A DNA stretch of 64,000 nt from sequence record MW248466.1; one strand, 5' to 3'. Of the stretch, positions 27,850 to 38,723 are shown in pieces (the first letter of the stretch is position 1; the number at the start of each line of letters is the position of its first letter). The notes beneath the pieces were generated by a model, which saw nothing but the letters and a program-made list of their open reading frames with translations, had not been told where the DNA came from and did not search any database. The translations under genes and the position numbers were made by a program.

Positions 27850-29118
27850 TTATTTTCTAAAAGTTCCTTCAATACTATCTTTGATAATAAATAATATACA
27901 TGGTAGTAATACATAATCTTCCATATTCATATCATATTTATCATCATAGTAATTAAATACTTTACTTAATATTTTTTCTTCTATCTTTTCATCATTCATA
28001 TACATTGAAATTAATTTATATCTATCATCAAAGTAAGTTAAACTTTTAGTACCTTGATAATCTTCATTAACTTCATTGATCTTAGTTAAATTACTTAACT
28101 CTATAAAATCATTTAATCCATCTAATACTTTAGTGTCTTCTATACTTTTATGAATGAAACTTATTTCTTTATATTTCTCTCTAAACATTTTTAAGAAATT
28201 ATCTTTAGTATCATTAAGAGTGATAACATTAGGTAAAGACTTTTTATCTTTTAATTTTTCATATAGAGAGAATTTATAATTCTTTTGATTTATTCTTTCA
28301 TTCTTAGGATTTTTATCTTTATAAGGCAATATATTAGAAAGATAAGTACTAGATTTTACTAATAGATTATTATCATAAATAAATCTGGATAAATTCAAAT
28401 CAATATATTTAGTTGATGCAACTGCACTAAATTCATCTTCATAGTAAATAAAAGTATTTAATGAAGAATTATAGAAATAATCAATAAATATTTGTGAAAA
28501 TTCATCAGCGTATTTAATACTGTGATTAACTTGATAGAAATCTTCTTCTAATATCAATGATTTATTATCTGTTCCAATATTAGAAAATACTGTTCTATAT
28601 ACGTTTGATACTTGATTTTCAATATCCTCTGTATTAACATTAAAATTCTGATATTGTATTTTATAGTAAGCTGAATTCTCTAATGAACTCATTTCCACAT
28701 TAGTTACACGATATATTCTACTGGTTGCATTTTCTTTAGATTGATACTGAAATACAATAAAATCATCTGGTAAAGGTTCAATAGTGCCTGGTAATATAAC
28801 CGCTTCAGATTCTAAATCTTTTTCAGTTCCCCATTCTTCATCCCATTCAACGGTAGGATTCATTTCAGCTACGTTATACAAAGGGAAATCTTTTAATTTA
28901 TTATATTTCAAAGGAGAATTATCTCCAATAATTTCTTCAACATTATCTAGCGAACGATCAGAAGTAGATTTCTCATGATCTTTACTATAGTATGTAACAA
29001 AACTAGGAGCACCTGCTTGAAACTTACTATATTTTTCTGTACCGGATAAATATGAGGATACGTAACTATTTACAATATCTTTTGGTTGTAATTCATCATT
29101 CGATATAAATGTGCCCAT
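27850..29118 (-). CDS. putative virion structural (head-tail/neck-like) protein
   Basis: 422 aa under a late-type promoter; VTYYSKD...SPLKYNKLKDFPLY recalls jumbo-phage virion proteins (weak). Confidence 0.5.
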   Translation of the reverse strand: MGTFISNDELQPKDIVNSYVSSYLSGTEKYSKFQAGAPSFVTYYSKDHEKSTSDRSLDNVEEIIGDNSPLKYNKLKDFPLYNVAEMNPTVEWDEEWGTEKDLESEAVILPGTIEPLPDDFIVFQYQSKENATSRIYRVTNVEMSSLENSAYYKIQYQNFNVNTEDIENQVSNVYRTVFSNIGTDNKSLILEEDFYQVNHSIKYADEFSQIFIDYFYNSSLNTFIYYEDEFSAVASTKYIDLNLSRFIYDNNLLVKSSTYLSNILPYKDKNPKNERINQKNYKFSLYEKLKDKKSLPNVITLNDTKDNFLKMFREKYKEISFIHKSIEDTKVLDGLNDFIELSNLTKINEVNEDYQGTKSLTYFDDRYKLISMYMNDEKIEEKILSKVFNYYDDKYDMNMEDYVLLPCILFIIKDSIEGTFRK

Positions 29119-29196
29119 ATATTCTCATTATCCTCACTTTCTTTATTAATTTTCGTATATGGTATTGTTATCTTTGAATTTTGTTTTAATATAATA

Positions 29197-29230
29197 ATCC
29201 CAATACCTATTAATATTAAGGTATTGGGAT
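29197..29230. terminator. hairpin terminator
   Basis: 12-bp stem ATCCCAATACCT/AGGTATTGGGAT; identical stem at 58067-58098. Confidence 0.75.
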
Positions 29231-29253
29231 AAGAAAAAATGTATTATAAAGGA

Positions 29254-29763
29254 TTAAAGACCGAATTCTTTATCTAAAGATTCTTCTAAAGAACTAATTT
29301 CTTCATTAGTTTGTTCTTCTTCTTTAACAGCTTCAAATAAACTAAATAAAGCTTCTTCAACAGGACTTACAACTGAATCAATTTTATTTTCCATAGCTTC
29401 ATTTAATTTAGTAGGTAATTTTTTGAATAGTGCAATATATTTCTTTTCATTAGCTTGAGCCCATTTCTTAGCTCTCTCAGGATCTGAAAATTTACATACT
29501 TGAATAAAACGTTGTAATACAGAAGAAGATCCTGATTTATCAATTACTCTAAAAATAAAGTTAACTGATCCATCTTTTTCTGCTTCTAAACTAAATTCAT
29601 TTTCATCAAACTTTTTACCTTTAGCGATAACTTTAGCTTTCTTTTTAGTAGCACGTGCTATAAATCTATCTTCCGTATCTTTATCAGAAGGATTTACCAT
29701 TTTTCTAGCAGTATCTCTTACTTTACCTTCATTCAATAATGTTTCTTGTAAAAAATCTTCCAT
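29254..29763 (-). CDS. hypothetical (probable internal head) protein
   Basis: 169 aa; ends SLEESLDKEFGL, a motif also at the N-terminus of 29808..30638. Confidence 0.8.
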   Translation of the reverse strand: MEDFLQETLLNEGKVRDTARKMVNPSDKDTEDRFIARATKKKAKVIAKGKKFDENEFSLEAEKDGSVNFIFRVIDKSGSSSVLQRFIQVCKFSDPERAKKWAQANEKKYIALFKKLPTKLNEAMENKIDSVVSPVEEALFSLFEAVKEEEQTNEEISSLEESLDKEFGL

Positions 29764-29807
29764 AATTATAATTCCTACTTTCGTAATTTGTTTTTTATAT
29801 ATAAAAT

Positions 29808-30638
29808 TTAGTTCAAATTAAATTCTTCATCTAATATTTTTTCTAAATTTTCAACAACTTTATCATTTTCATCGTCAGTTTCAGTTGAGTCTTCTTCTTC
29901 TTGAACAGCCACATCTTGAGTGTTTCCACAATCTTCACATACTAATTGGTTAGATTCATTCATACTCATTTTAGATCCACAATCTTCACAAATAGGTTCA
30001 TCGTCATCATTAATATCTCTTTCTAACTCTTCCAAGATACCTTCTTGTAAAGTGAATTCGATATTTTCACTTTTCAATTCTTCGTAAATAGCTTTAGACA
30101 ATTCTAATGATTCTTCCATATTAAATTCAGCAGATTCTAAAGTTATATCATTTGAAGAATTAGTTTTTAGGAAGCTTTTAATTTCAGACTCTTTTAAATC
30201 TGTATTGATAATATACATTTTTTGTAATTTATCATCTTCATTATAAAGTCCAACAGTTACCCCTTTATCACCTACAGAGTCACCTACACGTCTTGCAATA
30301 CTATCAAATACAATAACCCAATGTAAGATATTAAAGAATGAAGTAGCAACATTTGATTTTCCTTTAGCTGCAACTATAGAAGCCACACCTCCTGCATTAA
30401 CACCAACTAAAGCGGCTAATTTTTTAAGACGGCGATTTCTTTTAAGATTTTTAAGATCTTCGTATTTTTCAACCTTTTTAACTACAATTTTCTTAGTATT
30501 AGATTTTTCTGCAAATTTAGTAATTTTGCCAAGTTTACGTTTAACATTAGATTCATTAAAGGCTCCTTCATTGACTAAACCAAATTCTTTATCTAAAGAT
30601 TCTTCTAGAGATTTAAAATCCATATTTATTTTCCTCAT
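29808..30638 (-). CDS. hypothetical (probable internal head) protein with zinc ribbon
   Basis: 276 aa; ICEDCGSKMSMNESNQLVCEDCG; late promoter at 30655-30666. Confidence 0.8.
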   Translation of the reverse strand: MRKINMDFKSLEESLDKEFGLVNEGAFNESNVKRKLGKITKFAEKSNTKKIVVKKVEKYEDLKNLKRNRRLKKLAALVGVNAGGVASIVAAKGKSNVATSFFNILHWVIVFDSIARRVGDSVGDKGVTVGLYNEDDKLQKMYIINTDLKESEIKSFLKTNSSNDITLESAEFNMEESLELSKAIYEELKSENIEFTLQEGILEELERDINDDDEPICEDCGSKMSMNESNQLVCEDCGNTQDVAVQEEEDSTETDDENDKVVENLEKILDEEFNLN

Positions 30639-30681
30639 TTCTTTTTATTATTAATATTAATGTGTTATAATAATTGAATAA

Positions 30682-30720
30682 TATCAACCCAATGTTTATA
30701 TAGATACCATTAGGTTGATA
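30682..30720 (-). terminator. hairpin after RNAP beta gene
   Basis: TATCAACC/GGTTGATA outer stem. Confidence 0.55.
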
Positions 30721-30725
30721 AATAT

Positions 30726-31893
30726 TTAGATCATATCTTTTACTTTACGTTTTAATTCTATTAAAGCTTTGTTAGTAAATAACATCAAGTAGATATCTGT
30801 AGTCATACGAGATACAATACTTAATGGAGAGAATATAGCTTCGATTTCTTCATCAGGTCTATATTCTGCATAAGGAGATTCATTAGGTGGAGTAACGTCA
30901 GCAATAACTGTTTTACATGCACCGTAGAAACTAATCTTATCACCGATACTCATATCATCTTCATACTCTGTAAAGATTTCAATAAGTACTCCGTCTACTT
31001 TCTCACCTTTAATTTTTTCACTATTAATTTTCTCTACAGCTGGAATATCTACATCTAATCCAGGTAATGTAGATTTATTATCTTTAACTGCATTTTTGTA
31101 TTCTTTATATTTGCTCTTAGATTTATTAATATAACCATTAACCAATTTAGCTAATGTAGGAGACATATTTTCAATATCATCATTATAGTAGATATTTACT
31201 TTTTTAATTTCTCCAGTATATTTAGATCTAACAGCTCTATTAGAAATATCTTGTATTTCTTGTTCAAATTCAGAACCGATTTTATCTAATAAAGAACCAA
31301 TACCTTCATCATCAAATGAATTCTCAAATATCATTAATGGATCTCCTGTACGTACATTTTGACCTTCTTTAACAATATATTGAATATTCGTACTAGAAGC
31401 TAAGTTGACTGTTTTCTTCATAGTAACTTTAGTTGACATCGCTTCAGACATACTATTAGAAATAATAGAACTATCCTCATACGTACCATAGCTTGAAGCT
31501 ACAGCAACTTTAGATAATTTACCAGCAGCAAATTGAATATCATTATTGCTACCAGAACCTGCAAAGTAATTATCATTTTTAGCTAATACTTGCCCTTTAT
31601 TAAATTTATTACCTACTTCAAATTGTGGAGTAAGTTTATTATTTTGATAGAAACCGCCATTAGAGTTCTTAGCAAGTTTCTCAGATATATCAATAACATC
31701 TTTATCTCCATTGATATATTCAACAGTCATTAAACCAGTCTTTTCATTAACAGATAAAACCTTGCCATCTTCTTTAGCTTTAAAAGCAAAAGTATCAGAT
31801 ATTTGATAAGCTAAAGCTTTATCTACACCAGAACCAACTAATGGACGGTCATTTGTTTTAGTAGCGATTAAATGCTTAGCCTGAGTTCCTGTC
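30726..31893 (-). CDS. rpoB: RNAP beta-like subunit, exon 2
   Basis: Frame is open 54 codons upstream of the tracked ATG (TGTQAKHLIATK...). Contains YEDS, GDKISFYGACKTVI and SRM beta motifs. Confidence 0.9.
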
Positions 31894-33195
31894 CGATATC
31901 TTCAATAGAGGTCGTAAATCTCTACCAGTTCTCTTATGAACTTCTTTAAGTTTTCCTTAAAGTCTAGACTATATCTTCACCCTATATTTTCATTATAGGG
32001 GATCACTATTTCGATTTAAGGGATTCTCACCCACTCCATTAACTTGAGCCCTACTCCTGTTGGTATATTTCAATACCCTATGGGATAGTCGTTGAGCTTT
32101 TTCCTAGACAATTTTCGATTTTTTCTTTTAATTTTCCTTCTTTTTGATCTTTATAATTTACTCTTATCAGATCTATTTTTTCATGATTTTCAAAATAGTT
32201 ATCTTTTATTTGGTCATTCTCTTTTAAAGTTTCAAATTTTTCTTTACCATTTTCATATCTAAAAGGTATGAAGTGCTGTTCACCATCAAATTCTATACAA
32301 AGATTATATTCTTCTAAAAAGAAATCAACTCTTAAATAATTTCCTTTTATACTTAAAAGATTATCGAATTTCTTTTCTTTTTCATAAGGTATTTTCATAT
32401 TATCCAGATATTCAGATATTTCTTTAGTACCTTTTGAATTATTGATATCACTACAATAAGGACAGCGATGACCTGATGAATAAAAACTTTCCCAATTCAT
32501 CTTGAATTCTCTTCCACATTCTTCATGTAAAATATCCATTTTAGTTCTACTATTGGAATATGAATTTGAAATTAATTCGTAATCAAATTTTTCTATATAA
32601 TCTTTTACTTCTTTAAGGTTTTTCTTTTTATTAGGTGCACAATGAGGACATCCATAACCCTGTTGAAGGTTACTGTATGTGGATTTGAATTCATTTTCAC
32701 ATAATGAATGGTATATTGATAATTTCTTTTTACTATTTTCATATTCACTCTTTAAAATATAAATATCCTCACCATGTAAGACATTTAATTTTTCTTGTAC
32801 AACTTCATTATCAACCACTCTTCCTGCACATTTAGGACACTTATAACCTTTAATAAAATTTGTTGGTAATACATCGTATTCATAATTACATTTTGAATGT
32901 TTTAGTCTTAATTTATTTTTATATAATTCAAAATCTTTTATGAAGATATACTCCTCATAATGTTTTAATCTTTCTTTACATTTTTTATGATATTCTTCTC
33001 TTTTATTCAATTATTTCCAACCTTTCTTGCGAAAAGCTTGTCTAGGAACTTAGTTGCTGATTACCCAATCTTAATGATTTTTAAGCATATCACGCTTACT
33101 GTTACCAGTTACGTTGTAGCTCATTAAGCTCTAAGGATTTTCCAGCAATTAAATGATTTTATACATATATATTACTATATAAGGGGACAAAATTT
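31894..33195 (-). mobile_element. group I self-splicing intron (1302 nt)
   Basis: P1 exon GGGAU pairs with IGS GUCCC (U-G at the splice site). P AAUUGCUGGAAA 33139-50, Q AAUCAGCAAC 33053-62, R CUCAACGACUA 32086-96, S AAGAUAUAGUC 31967-77, terminal G at 31894. Splicing restores the frame. Confidence 0.93.
32078..33010 (-). CDS. intron-encoded homing endonuclease (zinc-ribbon repeats + DUF559/Vsr-like PD-(D/E)XK domain)
   Basis: Three H..C.....F...G..CP.C repeats; C-terminal LRVDFFLEEYNLCIEFDGEQHF; TTG start. Confidence 0.85.
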   Translation of the reverse strand: MNKREEYHKKCKERLKHYEEYIFIKDFELYKNKLRLKHSKCNYEYDVLPTNFIKGYKCPKCAGRVVDNEVVQEKLNVLHGEDIYILKSEYENSKKKLSIYHSLCENEFKSTYSNLQQGYGCPHCAPNKKKNLKEVKDYIEKFDYELISNSYSNSRTKMDILHEECGREFKMNWESFYSSGHRCPYCSDINNSKGTKEISEYLDNMKIPYEKEKKFDNLLSIKGNYLRVDFFLEEYNLCIEFDGEQHFIPFRYENGKEKFETLKENDQIKDNYFENHEKIDLIRVNYKDQKEGKLKEKIENCLGKSSTTIP

Positions 33196-36100
33196 ATCCC
33201 AATTCTTGGTGAATCTGCATGTCTACTAGTATATGGGTTTAATAATTCTAATGGAGTATATAAAGCTGTATCACTTACATCTTTTTTACTACCATCAGTA
33301 TAACCACGAGTAGATTTAATTTGTGTATCATATGAAAGTTGTCTAACTATCCCTACCTTATTAGAGTCAGGAGTGGATATTCCTAATATACCTTGCATAC
33401 TTTCATCGTAAGAACGAATATCAGGTTCATATGATTGTTCAGAGTTACGTCCAGCAGGACCTTTAAATGTAACAGAAGTCATCTTATCTATTTCTAAGTT
33501 AGGGTTCAAATCAGATACTTCATCTACTGTAGGTTGTTCCATAATAGTTTTAATTAATTGATCTTGTTTAACTGAAATATTCTTAGGATTTTTATTATTA
33601 TAAGAATCTGAATATTCTTTGTAAGCATTAGCCATCATTTTATATAATAATGCGTTGATCTGTTCTGGACCACGTACACGATAAATTCCCATATCATTAT
33701 GATCTCTAGCAGATACATCTTCTAACATCGTATTAGCTAATAGTAACAATTCAACCATATTATCAGGAAGTTTTAAATCTCTTAATACTTCTTTAGTAAT
33801 AGGGTCCATTGCTAAATCCATAGTATTTTTAATACCTTTACCAACATTACGACTGTAGAATTTATCATTGAAATATTCTAAGTAAGGTGTTTCAGTTTCA
33901 AAATCACTGAAGTTGTATTGTGATGTAGGTAATACAGTTAATCCAGACATTAATAAATCAAATCTTAATTTATCAGTAGAATATATTAAATAACCATCTT
34001 GGAATTTAATCTTATTCTTTTTATCATGAATACTAATTCTTTCATTTTCAGTAGTAAATTTATAATCAACTTCATAAAGATCAAGAATATTAGTTAAACC
34101 TTTATAGAAACCTAATAATAGAATTGTAGGTACTAATTTATTAGTAATTTTAACACGTGAAAATGCCATAGTTTTACTAGCTTGTATATTCTTACTAAAT
34201 TTCTTATCAACGACTCCAAAGTCAACTTCATTGTCTAATTTATCAATAATATAGTCAAATATATTCATTTCCATTGACTTAATATTAGATTTACTACATT
34301 CATACATAACAGATTCTGTTTTGTCTGCTAATATTAATTTAGATTTATTAATATTATAACCGATAGGGAAATATTTATCTTGATCATAATCAATCTTAGA
34401 TAAACTAGCACTATCAGAAATCATTCCTAATAAACTTCTTTGGTTAAATATAAGTACATTAGTATCATCTTGGAAATTTAGTATATTTCTAGATAAACTA
34501 TTATAAATAACTGATGTTACATATTTATTATTGATTAAAGAAGCATTACCCTTTTTAACAGATAATTTAGATTTATTTTCAATATAATCTATAACTTGAT
34601 CGTCTTCAATAACTTTCTTAATCCATTCAGTTTCAGCATTTTCTTTATAACCAAATTTTTCTATAATGAATTTATTATAGTTAGTTGTAATCCAAACAGT
34701 ATCAGGTTTATATTTAACGATTGGCCACATCATTAACTGTTTAGTTAATACTTTTTTACCACCATTAAGTTTCATGTATTTACCATCAATAACTTTGGGA
34801 ACATCAAATTTAACATTATGAGTTAAACCATCTGGACTTCTAAATTGAACTTTAACTGTATTCTTTAATGATTGACTATCTGAATTATCTTCAATATTCA
34901 TTTTATTAATAAATACTGGAATATCTTCATTGTCATTAAAGCTCTTCATTATATCAATAAAGTCTTTATTAAATGTTTTTTGCATATAAGAAATATCAAA
35001 ATCATTAGAAGCAATATTGTTAATAGTCTCTTCATTGATATTATTAATATTTTCATTAATTTCTCTATCAATTAATTTATCTTCAGAAAAACTAAAATCT
35101 TCTAAATCATTAAGGTATTCATCTTGTTTCTTAGATAAAGCTAATATCTTTTTAGTATTTTTAAGAGCTTCATCTCCGATACTAGATTTATTTTTAATAT
35201 TTCTCTTGATTGATTTAAATGAATCATTCTTATCCAATACATCTGAATATAAAGTTTCAGTATCAATATCAATTAAATCTTTATTATCATTTAATTCTTT
35301 TTCAATTATCATAGCTATATTATATTCATCATCAACATCCATTTCAGTATTGTCTAATGATCTAATATAACTTATTGTAGAATCTATTTTATTAGATATT
35401 TTTTCTAATTGTTCATCATTTTCATATTCAACTTCATCATTCTGAGATTCAACAGGATCAATTGTACTTACATTATCAAATGCTTTCTTTTTAATTACTC
35501 CATCTACAGCTTCAGTATTGTCATCATCTTCAACTTTACTAATTTCATCAGTATCTAATGCTTGTGTATTAGTGTCAATCATTCTTCTTAATCTTTGTCT
35601 TAATCTCATATTAAGTTTATTATAATCTTTATAATCAAATTTAAACATTATTCCATTATCTAATGAGACAAATAATAAATTAACATTTTGATTTTCACCG
35701 TGAGGTAATTCCTCTTGATTTTTAATCATCATAAATAAACTTGACATGAAATCTTTTGTATTAGGTCTAATAGCTTGTTGAGAAGGTTTATTATAACCAT
35801 CAACATTAATTACATAAAGTAAATTATTATAATCTTCTGTATTATTTAAAGAGTTAAAAGTTGATTTAATTGAATTTAATACAGTATTAAAGTTTTTAGT
35901 CATTAATGATTTATCTTCTAAATCAATAAATTTAGTTGAATCAACAATATAGTTTCTACTTTTAAATAATTTCTCATTTCTTTCAACTCTATACTGTTTG
36001 TAAGATCTAGATTTAATTTCTTTTTGATAATCTGTTATATTCGTTAATAATCTAGTTCTTCTATTTTGAGTTCTATACAATCTTGGAGTATAGATATTCT

Positions 36101-36281
36101 TGAAATTCTGATGATATAATAATCCACTATTTAAGAAATCAGTAAATGAATTTTCTTTAAAACCTTTATAAATAACTAATTGGTCTTTTTTCTTATCTTT
36201 GATTTCTTCATCAATAGCTTTAATTTTATATCCAGATATTGAATAGAATTTAAGATTTTTTAATCTATTAAGATATTTCAA
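33196..36281 (-). CDS. rpoB: RNAP beta-like subunit, exon 1 (spliced product ~1417 aa; probably virion RNAP)
   Basis: TFKGPAG, GILGISTPDSNKVGIVRQL, RHADSPRIG|M (fork-loop and HDDANR-equivalent motifs). The last 12 codons of the tracked ORF are intron read-through. Confidence 0.9.
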
Positions 36282-36822
36282 TTATGCCATTCCTTTCCGT
36301 ATTTAATTTTATTGATTAATATATTTATATTACTTTTATTTTATAATATTATTCAATAAATTTCCTATATACAATAGTTTTGATTACTATCATTATGTAT
36401 TTTAATTGGATTTATAAAAATAAAATAACGAACTATGTGAGTTATTTTTTAATACATTTTTATGAAATAAAAATGTGTACTATCCCCTCATAATATTTTA
36501 ATTTATATAAATATACTATAAGAATAGTATATTTATTATTATAATATTTCATTATAATATAATTATAATATTCCGGACACTTTCAAATTTTTTATTACAT
36601 AATGATACAAATTTATAATTCTTCATATAATTTATTTTTATAGATTACATTAAGATAATATAAAATATTAACAGATTATCCTATCTTTATTAATATAATA
36701 CAATTAAATAATTAATATAAAAATATTTATTAACTTCATACATATTGTTTAATTATATAAAAATTATAAAATACACAGTAACATCTAAATATCAATAAAA
36801 TAACGAAAGAAGTGAAAATAAA
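36282..36822. other. extremely AT-rich (~13% GC) 540-bp divergent intergenic region
   Basis: Hand count gives 61 G+C in 480 nt (36301-36780); 13-bp inverted repeat at 36507-36536; no ORF. Confidence 0.7.
36780..36791 (+). promoter_or_regulatory. late-type promoter AACA-N6-TA
   Basis: AACA TCTAAA TA, 31 nt upstream of the RNAP beta' gene. Confidence 0.6.
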
Positions 36823-38049
36823 TTGGCTAATATGAATTATGAAAATAAAACACTTAATGAAAAAGAATTATCGACATTATTAAGTGTTGGTAAAGATGAC
36901 ATTACATTAGGCAAGTTAAAAGAATTATTTGCTTTTAGACAAAATACAGAACCAATGTATAATCCGACAGATAAATTTACATTAAAGAAAGATTTAGTGT
37001 ATAATAAAAAAGACGAAAAAACTACTGTAGGTAGATATATATTTAATAAATTTATTTTAGATAATAAAATTGGTCCAATTATAGGATATATGAATCATGA
37101 TATGGGTGGTTCTGGAGTAGGTAAACTTCAATCTGATTTATCAAACTTATTACTTAATGATATTATTACTACACAAGAAATGTCAAATTATATTGATAGA
37201 TTACAATGGTTAGGATTCTCTATAGCTAGCTTTATTAATTCTAGTTTAACTACTACAATGATGACTGCTACTGATAAAGTTAAACAAAAGAAAGAAGAAT
37301 TATTAGTTAAATATGAAAAAGCATTGAATACTCCCGGAGAAGAATTAAATGCAATATCAGTTATTGAAAAAGAATTAATTAACTTAAGTAAAGAAGAATT
37401 AAAAGGATTAGCCGATTTAGATATTTATGATAGTGGTTCACGTGGTTCATTCGGTAATAACTATAAATTGACTGCATTAATTCGTGGAGCTAATAAAAAC
37501 TTTGCTGATCCAAGTAAAATTAGAATTGCTAAAAGCTCACTAGCTGAAGGAATTGATCCTAATGAACTTTATATGTTTGGAGATATCATGACTGCAGGAT
37601 CAGCTGGACGTGCACTAGGAACTCAAGAAGGCGGGTACCAAGCTAAGCAGCTGATGTCGGCTTTCCAAACGACTGTTTTAGATAAAAAAGGTTCTGATTG
37701 TAGAACAAATCATTTCCTTAAATTGATATTAGATAAATCAAACGCATCATTAATGATGTATAGATATTTTAAAGATAATAACGCAAGATCAGGTCAATTA
37801 GTTTTATTAACTCCTGAAAATGTAGATGACCATATGGGTAAAGTTTTAGAATTTAGAAGTCCTATGTATTGTGCAAGTGAAGATATTTGTAGTAAATGTG
37901 CAGGAGAACTACCATATAAATTAGGAATTGAAAATATTGGACTATTAGTTAACCAAGTAGCACAAGCAATCGTAACAAGCTCAATGAAATCTTTCCATGA
38001 TATGACAATTAAACAGAATGAAGTAGACATAGAAAGTTATATAGAATAA
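36823..38049 (+). CDS. rpoC: RNAP beta'-like subunit, C-terminal part (probably virion RNAP)
   Basis: LGFSIA, DSGSRGS, AGRALGTQEGGYQAKQL (bridge helix), RSPMYC...ICSKCAG, SSMKSFH. Confidence 0.88.
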   Translation: MANMNYENKTLNEKELSTLLSVGKDDITLGKLKELFAFRQNTEPMYNPTDKFTLKKDLVYNKKDEKTTVGRYIFNKFILDNKIGPIIGYMNHDMGGSGVGKLQSDLSNLLLNDIITTQEMSNYIDRLQWLGFSIASFINSSLTTTMMTATDKVKQKKEELLVKYEKALNTPGEELNAISVIEKELINLSKEELKGLADLDIYDSGSRGSFGNNYKLTALIRGANKNFADPSKIRIAKSSLAEGIDPNELYMFGDIMTAGSAGRALGTQEGGYQAKQLMSAFQTTVLDKKGSDCRTNHFLKLILDKSNASLMMYRYFKDNNARSGQLVLLTPENVDDHMGKVLEFRSPMYCASEDICSKCAGELPYKLGIENIGLLVNQVAQAIVTSSMKSFHDMTIKQNEVDIESYIE

Positions 38050-38053
38050 TGAA

Positions 38054-38083
38054 AATATAGTGACATTAATTTGTCATTATATT
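38054..38083 (+). terminator. intrinsic terminator after beta' gene
   Basis: AATATAGTGACA/TGTCATTATATT stem plus a long T-run. Confidence 0.7.
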
Positions 38084-38285
38084 TTATTTTTTTTTATTTA
38101 GGATTTATAAATAACTATTTTAATATAGTAATAGATATATTTCTATTTACTATATTCGTAAATTCTTTTTCTTACTCAATCTCGTAATTTGCTTTTGCGT
38201 CAAGCAAGTTACATGGGCCTCCGACCCGTATAATATTGTACTACACATAGTGGATCATAGAAAAATGATCCACTTTATTTATTAT

Positions 38286-38356
38286 GTTCTTGTTGCTACT
38301 GGTTAAAGCATATCGAGTAAATCGGTATTTTGTGAGTTCAATTCTCACCAAGAACA
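38286..38356 (+). tRNA. tRNA-like cloverleaf, atypical (nominal anticodon UAA, G33, short variable loop, no encoded CCA)
   Basis: Acceptor GTTCTTG/CAAGAAC, D arm GCT-ACTGGTTAA-AGC, arm TATCG-AGTAAAT-CGGTA, T arm GTGAG-TTCAATT-CTCAC, discriminator A. Confidence 0.75.
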
Positions 38357-38723
38357 ACCCAATAGGATTAATCATCCTTACACTAAGGCTGCAGACTTAG
38401 TGTGAATAAAATACAGTATGAGTTATATGCCAATCTTATACTGTTAGATTCAACTAATGCTAAGGCATATCATTAGTTGTAAAATTTAAAACTTATATCT
38501 AATTTACTTTTAGTTATTAGATTGTATCTTTGTTAAAGAGGACTTATCCTACTTAATTGTAATAAGTATCTGACTTTAACTTAATTGGTTTTCTAGTTTT
38601 GACCCTAACAATAAAAACTAGACTATTAAATTTTTTATTTCTTTTTAGCTCACAACTTAAAAGAAAAACTAGGTGGATCATTTTATGCTTTTTGGATCGG
38701 CTAAAAACTAATAAAGCACCCTT

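Noticed and set aside
33159-33195. C-terminal INFVPLYSNIYV of the tracked 1040-aa ORF, and the ATG start of 30726..31730
   Set aside because: Both are artefacts of the intron: the first is read-through into P1, and the second is an internal Met of exon 2.
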